Part shown: positions 54,396 to 64,000 of the stretch, piece after piece
How positions within the stretch are numbered: the stretch's first letter is position 1
Layout of the letters: each line of letters begins with the position of its first letter
DNA from: the human T2T-CHM13v2.0 reference genome, Homo sapiens
Assembly (NCBI RefSeq): GCF_009914755.1
Contig: NC_060930.1
Reading direction: 5' to 3' (one strand)
DNA length: 64,000 nucleotides
The notes under the pieces: generated by a model
Database searches by the model: none
Told to the model about the DNA's origin: nothing
What the model saw: the letters and a program-made list of their open reading frames with translations, nothing else
Made by a program: the position numbers and the translations under genes

Positions 54396-55413
54396 ATGGG
54401 GAAAAAACAGAGCAGAAAAACTGGAAACTCTAAAAAGCAGAGCACCTCTCCTCCTCCAAAGGAACGCAGTTCCTCACCAGCAACGGAACAAAGCTGGACG
54501 GAGAATGACTTTGACGAGTTGAGAGAAGAAGGCTTCAGATGATCAAACTACTCCGAGTTACAGGAGGAAATTCAAACCAAAGGCAAAGAAGTTGAAAATT
54601 TTGAAAAAAATTTAGACAAATTTATAACTAGAATAACCAATACAGAGAAGTGCTTAAAGGAGCTGATGGAGCTGAAAGCCAAGGGTCAAGAACTACGTGA
54701 AGAATGCAGAAGCCTCAGGAGCCGATGTGATCAACTGGAAGAAAGGGTATCAATGATGGAAAATGAAATGAATGAAATGAAGTGAGAAGGGAAGTTTAGA
54801 GAAAAAAGAATAAAAAGAAATGAACAAAGCCTCCAAGAAATATGGGACTATGTGAAAAGACCAAATCTACATCTGATTGGTGTACCTGAAAGTGACAGGG
54901 AGAATGGAACCAAGTTGGAAAACACTCTGCAGGATATTATCCAGGAGAACTTCCCCAATCTAGCAAGGCAGGCCAACATTCAGATTCAGGAAATAAAGAG
55001 AACGCCACAAAGATACTCCTCGAGAAGAGCAACTCCAAGACACATAATTGTCAGATTCACCAAAGTTGAAATGAAGGAAAAAATGTTAAGGGCAGCCAGA
55101 GAGAAAGGTCGGGTCACCCACAAAGGGAAGCCCATCAGACTAACAGCGGATCTCTCGGCAGAAACTCTGCAAAGCCAGAAGAGAGTGGTGGCCAATATTC
55201 AACATTCTTAAAGAAAAGAATTTTCAACCCAGAATTTCATATCCAGCCAAACTAAGCTTCATAAGTGAAGAAGAAATAAAATACTTCACAGACAAGCAAA
55301 TGCTGAGAGATTTTGTCACCACCAGGCCTGCTCTAAAAGAGCTCCTGAAGGAAGCACTAAACATGGAAAGGAACAACCGGTACCAGCCACTGCAAAATCC
55401 TGCCAAAATGTAA
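54396..55413 (+). pseudogene. ORF1: L1 ORF1p (premature stops ~54540 and ~54783, frameshift ~55170)
   Basis: MGKKQSRK start; KRPNLHLIGVPE...RHIIVRFTK; ends AKM-TAA. Confidence 0.92.
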
Positions 55414-55476
55414 AGACCATCAAGACTAGGAAGAAACTGCATCAACTAATGAGCAAAATAACCAGCTAGCATCATA

Positions 55477-59299
<3,823 letters not shown>

Positions 59300-59542
59300 A
59301 CAATGAGAACACATGGACACAGGAAGGGGAACATCACACTTTGGGGACTGTTGTGGGGTGGGGGGAGGGGGGAGGGATAGCATTAGGAGATATACCTAAT
59401 GCTAAATGACGAGTTAATGGGTGCAGCACACCAGCACCCATGTATACATATGTATACAGGCACATGTATACATATGTAACTAACCTGCACATTGTGCACA
59501 TGTACCCTAAAACTTAAAGTATAATAATAATAATATAAAAAA

Positions 59543-59778
59543 GAGTTGTTAAACATATCTTGCCAATAAGACATTTCTCTTATAGAACCAAAGACCTAGG
59601 GTATTTACACAGCAGATATTTATTAAGAGCTTATTATGTGCAGATTCCAGTGAGGGTTATGACAATATAGGAGGACTATCTGAGAGCTATTAACTGTCTT
59701 GCAAACTATTTATACCTGTCCCCTTTCTTTGTGTATCTCCATTAAACAGTAGTTTGTGATGGCAAAAAAAAAAAAAAA
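59543..59778 (+). other. L1 3'-transduced segment with its own polyadenylation signal and poly(A)
   Basis: Non-L1 sequence, ATTAAA at 59741-59746, A15 at 59764-59778, then TSD-like aattag matching aagaattag before the L1. Confidence 0.8.
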
Positions 59779-61634
59779 TTAGTTTAACATTAATAGTACA
59801 CTAATGCAACAGTAAAATTTGGCTTATTTGGTATAAAAGTCCTAAAGGAAGCATTGTAAAATACAAAGTTGGCTTTCTTTGGGCTGTATTTGTATAAATA
59901 TGTTATTGGTATGTGTTCCAAAATTATGGGAAACTCTTACAATTCTCATAGGACTTAATGTTTGTTATTAATACTGATAATTGTTACATAAAATCATTGT
60001 ATGCCACAGAGGTAACCAAAATTTCCTTGTCAATTGTGGCTTTAATAGTGGCTGTCCTAACTAAGACTTTTTGTCAGCCATTCCCTGGACAATTGTTGTC
60101 TTGTTTTGGTCCTCTTTAGAAAGTGGGTTATACTCAGCTATAGGACTTTCTGCTGTTAAATGCAGGTTCCCAGTGACTTTGGAAATTGTAACATTAAAAT
60201 AGAGGGAAAAACTTTCAGGACTCTCAGGGAGAGCCGAAATGTTCATGAATATCAAGCAGAACAGGAGTTAACTGCATGGACTGAACTAATAAAAGACTAA
60301 AGTAATCTTTTTGACTTTTTGCTTAAAATGTTGCTGATCCTTTGTTCTGTTTTTCAAAGTCGAGGAAACTTTTCTCTTGAGCTACTGACAGCATTTAACA
60401 ATTGAGTATAGTCTTGTGAACAAAAGTTGGAGCATATTTGTTTCTCTCTACCTGATTTCTCCAGAATTTGAAACTATTAATATTTGTGAGTATCTTAACT
60501 TAGGGCAATATAGTTATTTGCATAAGTGCAATAGGAATCTGTTTTCTTTTGCAACAAGACACAATTGGAGAAACTGGTTATTTTACCAAGGCTTTGGCTG
60601 AAATGGCTTGCTTTCCTTTAAGGAATCAAACTTGACTTGCAGAGCCAATAAATCTCCTTGGGAAAAACTGGCCTCATACTTTGTCTACACAGTCCCTGTA
60701 CAGGGTTTATGACCTGTGGTAAGTAAAGAATGTCAATTTCTAACAGGCCCTGGAGGCCCAAGTTTTCCTGGGACCTCAATAGGAGGGGAATTTGCTCAGC
60801 TTATAGGTATTTGAAGGTATAAACCCATGCGTGGCCTCAGCTTTAAAAAAGCCTTATCTGAGATTCCTTCTCTGGAACAAAGTACCATCAGAACCAATTT
60901 AAAAAGAGCTTAGGTGACAAATATTCTTGCTGCACTTTATACAAATAATCAGACCAAGTATAATAAAGCAAATCAGTCTTACCATGATTTGTCTTTAGTA
61001 AAAATGGGAGATGGGAAACCAAAAAAAATTATGCTTTAAGAACTATGGCACACCTGTTATTACATTCTAGTCTCATCAGTTGTTCTTGAGCTTTTTCTCC
61101 TGACATTTAGAATGACATTGATTGTTACTGTGAACCGATCAGTGATCTCTGACAGCAGCTCAGAAGAAACAAGAGGAATGGGTAATGCAAAAATCTGGAT
61201 TGATATTCTAATTCTGGACGGGTATTAGAATCAGTTAGCAACCCCATATCAGCTTGATTCCAACTGTTCAGTTAATGGAAAGTCTTCTAATTTAGTTTAC
61301 TTGGGATAATATTGCTTATTTTCCTTTATTGTTGTGAAATATACTGGTGTTGCACTCTATGTGTAAGAATGCAGTATAAGCTTACCGAATGTTCTCTTAA
61401 ATTGAACACATATTAATCTTCCAGATATCACTTTTCATTGGCACTCAAGAATTATGAATAGCCCTTGCCATATAAATGATTTCTGACTGAGCTTCTCTCT
61501 ACCCTGAATGCAAGAGACCCAATAGTTAGGCAGGAATATCATTGCCCCTATTCAACCTGAAGATGTTACAGAAGAAGGATTATCCCTCTACAAGCCTTAG
61601 GATGAAGGGTTCTCTTATAAAAGGGAGAGGGAAA

Positions 61635-62186
61635 TGTCAGAGGTGTTTGAACCAGAGCAACTCCATCTTGAATAAGGGCTAGATAAAATAAGGCTGAGAC
61701 CTACTAGGCTGCATTCCCAGAAGGTTAAGGCATTCTTTGTCACAGGATAAGCTAGGAGGTCAACACGATATACAGGTCATATAGGCCTTACTGGTAAAAT
61801 AGGTTGCAGTAAAGAAGCTGGCTAAAACTCACCAAAACTAAGAGGGCAACAAGAGTGACCTTTGATCGTCCTCACTGCTATACTCCCACCAGCACCATGA
61901 CAGTTTACAAATGCCATGGCAATGTCAGGAAGTTACCCTATACGGCCTAAAAAGGGAAGGCATGAATCATCCACCCCTTGTTTAGCATATGATAAAGAAA
62001 TAACCATAAAATGGGCAACCAGCAGCCCTAGGGGCTGCTCTGCCTTTGGAGTAGCCATTCTTTATTCCTTTACTTTCCTAATAAACTTGCTTTCACTTTA
62101 CTCTACGGACTTGCCTTACATTCTTTCTTGTGCGAGATCCAAGAACCCTCTCTTGGGGCCTGGATCAGGACCTCTTTCTGGCAACA
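61635..62186 (+). repeat. MER41A 3' LTR
   Basis: tgtcagaggtgtttgaaccagagc...tttctggcaaca; direct repeat of 48189-48735. Confidence 0.92.
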
Positions 62187-63108
62187 GAGTCAATATCAAA
62201 ACTAAAGCATTCAGAACATTTATGTGCCAAAAAATACAGTGTCAAAATACAGAAGGCAAAAATTTTAGGCAATCAGAAAATAATTAACAAAACCATAACA
62301 CAAGTTTCTGCCACTGACGTACCAAAGAAATAATAATCATCTATTGACTTCTGTACTTCAGAATAGTTTCCCAACCTACCAGCACTCTTGTGTCCTTAGA
62401 TTTCTTAAGCCTTGCATCATTCATGGAGCTTGAGTTGCTGGAATATTTGGGTTGGCCACCTCCAGCCTTGAGCAGCTTTTTCTGGGACTCTTCAGCAAAC
62501 AGCCAGAAGAGAGGGGCCTGAGAGCTTGACCCACAGTCCATGAAACCAATGAATACAATAGCAGTGTCTCTGGTGTAACACAGTGTGCATGATCAAAGAA
62601 TGTCCTGCTGCTTGGGCGTCTGATCCAACAGCCACCTGAAGAGTGATCTGCTGCTGCCTGTCATAGACAAAGGCCCATGCAGCTACTAAGGAGTTCATGT
62701 AGTGATGCCCAAGCACTAAGTTGTGCAGCTCAAATAGGGGTGGAATGATAGGGTAGATGAGCAAGAATCTGCCCAGGCAGCAGCCCTAAATTTCTGCTAT
62801 CACGTATTTTGGATACATCCATGCCTTTGTGGTTGATGTGCCTTCCAAGCCAGCAGCCAGCACCCTGTCTGTTCTAATGATGTACATGTAACCCACAAAT
62901 TAGAGCTTTATAGTTATTTAAAAATATTGATATAAAAACTTTAATTACATGTAAACCCATTTTCTTTATCACAATTTATATCAGAATGTATTTGGGAAAT
63001 AAAAGAAAGAACTGTTAATATCATTGAATATAATTTTAACTGTTGTAAAATTTTGAGTGTTTATTTTCAAATTTTTAAATTTATCTGCTTGCATAAACAA
63101 AGGTTAGT

Positions 63109-63235
63109 ACAGCATGGGGGAAACCACCCCCATGATCCAGTTACCTCCACCTGGTTTCTCCCTTGACATGTGGGGTTTATGGGGATTCTAATTCAAGATG
63201 AGATTTGGGTGGGGACAAAAAGCCTAACCATATCA
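63109..63235 (-). mobile_element. Partial MSTA/THE1 LTR
   Basis: ccatgatccagttacctcc...gagatttgggtgggga...aaccatatca. Confidence 0.8.
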
Positions 63236-64000
63236 CCACCATTAGGCTTTCTTCTCTAAGGTCTAAACAAAAACCAGCCTTTTCAAAGACTCCACACTGA
63301 TAATGTTGACTACTAGCTTATGTTCCCAGGTAGAGAACAAAGACACGATGGGATTAATTATTTCCTCACCCCTCCCTGAGATGTCTGCTTCCTCTATTCC
63401 CATTTTCTTCATGTGTTTGCCTTATCTTATGTATAATGTAGATTTACTGGGCACTAGCTAAAGTCTCACGAGTATATAACCATTCTTCTCACTGTGTCCC
63501 ACCACCCACTCCCACCTTTCTAAGGAAAATATATAAATACTGATATGGTTTGGCTATGTCTCCACCCAAATCTCAACTTGAATTGTATCTCCCAGAATTC
63601 CCATGTGTTTTGGGAAGGAACCAGGTTGAGGTAATTGAATCATGGGGTCAGTGTTTCCCATGCTATTCTTACAATAGTCAGTAAGTCTCATGAGATCTGA
63701 TGGGTTTATCAGGGGTTTCCACTTTTGCTTCTTCCTTATTTTCTCTTGCCACCACCATGTAAGAAGTGCCTTTCACTTCCCACCATGATTCTGACGCCTC
63801 CCCAGACGTGTGGAACTCTAAGTCCAATTAAACCTCTTTTACTCCACAGTCTCGGGTATGTCTTTATTAGCAGCATGAAAACAGACTAATACAAATACTA
63901 AACCTCCTGAGAACTCCTTTGGAACAAATGGCCACAGATCCATCTGTGACTAGTGTTTTTCTGGGTGCATCCTCAAGCAGGCTCAATAAACCTTGATTGA
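63236..64000 (+). mobile_element. MER34/MER39-like ERV1 LTR interrupted by THE1A
   Basis: atgtagatttactgggcacta, atataaatac|taaacctcctgagaactcctttgga, ctcaataaacc. Confidence 0.55.
63541..63893 (+). mobile_element. THE1A solo LTR
   Basis: tgatatggtttggct...ctcaacttgaattgtatctcccagaattccc...gactaataca; perfect TSD aatac (63536-63540 / 63894-63898). Confidence 0.92.

Overview
Primate (probably hominoid) non-coding genomic DNA dominated by transposable elements; no host protein-coding exon, RNA gene or CRISPR array could be supported. Main elements: (i) a decayed ERVL-class provirus fragment (2.8-4.7 kb) followed by MLT2/L2/MST/MLT1 remnants, carrying three local inverted, templated duplications; (ii) a 6.7-kb MER48/HERVH48-like provirus (tRNA-Phe PBS, gag-pro-pol) inserted inside an Alu, lacking RNase H and most of env SU, with its integrase reading in frame into an ERV3/HERV-E/IP-type TM; (iii) a 14-kb nested complex: a two-LTR MER41A element containing a complete THE1 element and a full-length L1PA3/4-like LINE-1 with a ~220-bp 3' transduction; (iv) several Alus, truncated L1s, MER4 solo LTRs, a Tigger2 MITE, MER5, MIR and a THE1A solo LTR. 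Family names come from recalled consensus similarity, not a database search, and identities are estimates by eye.
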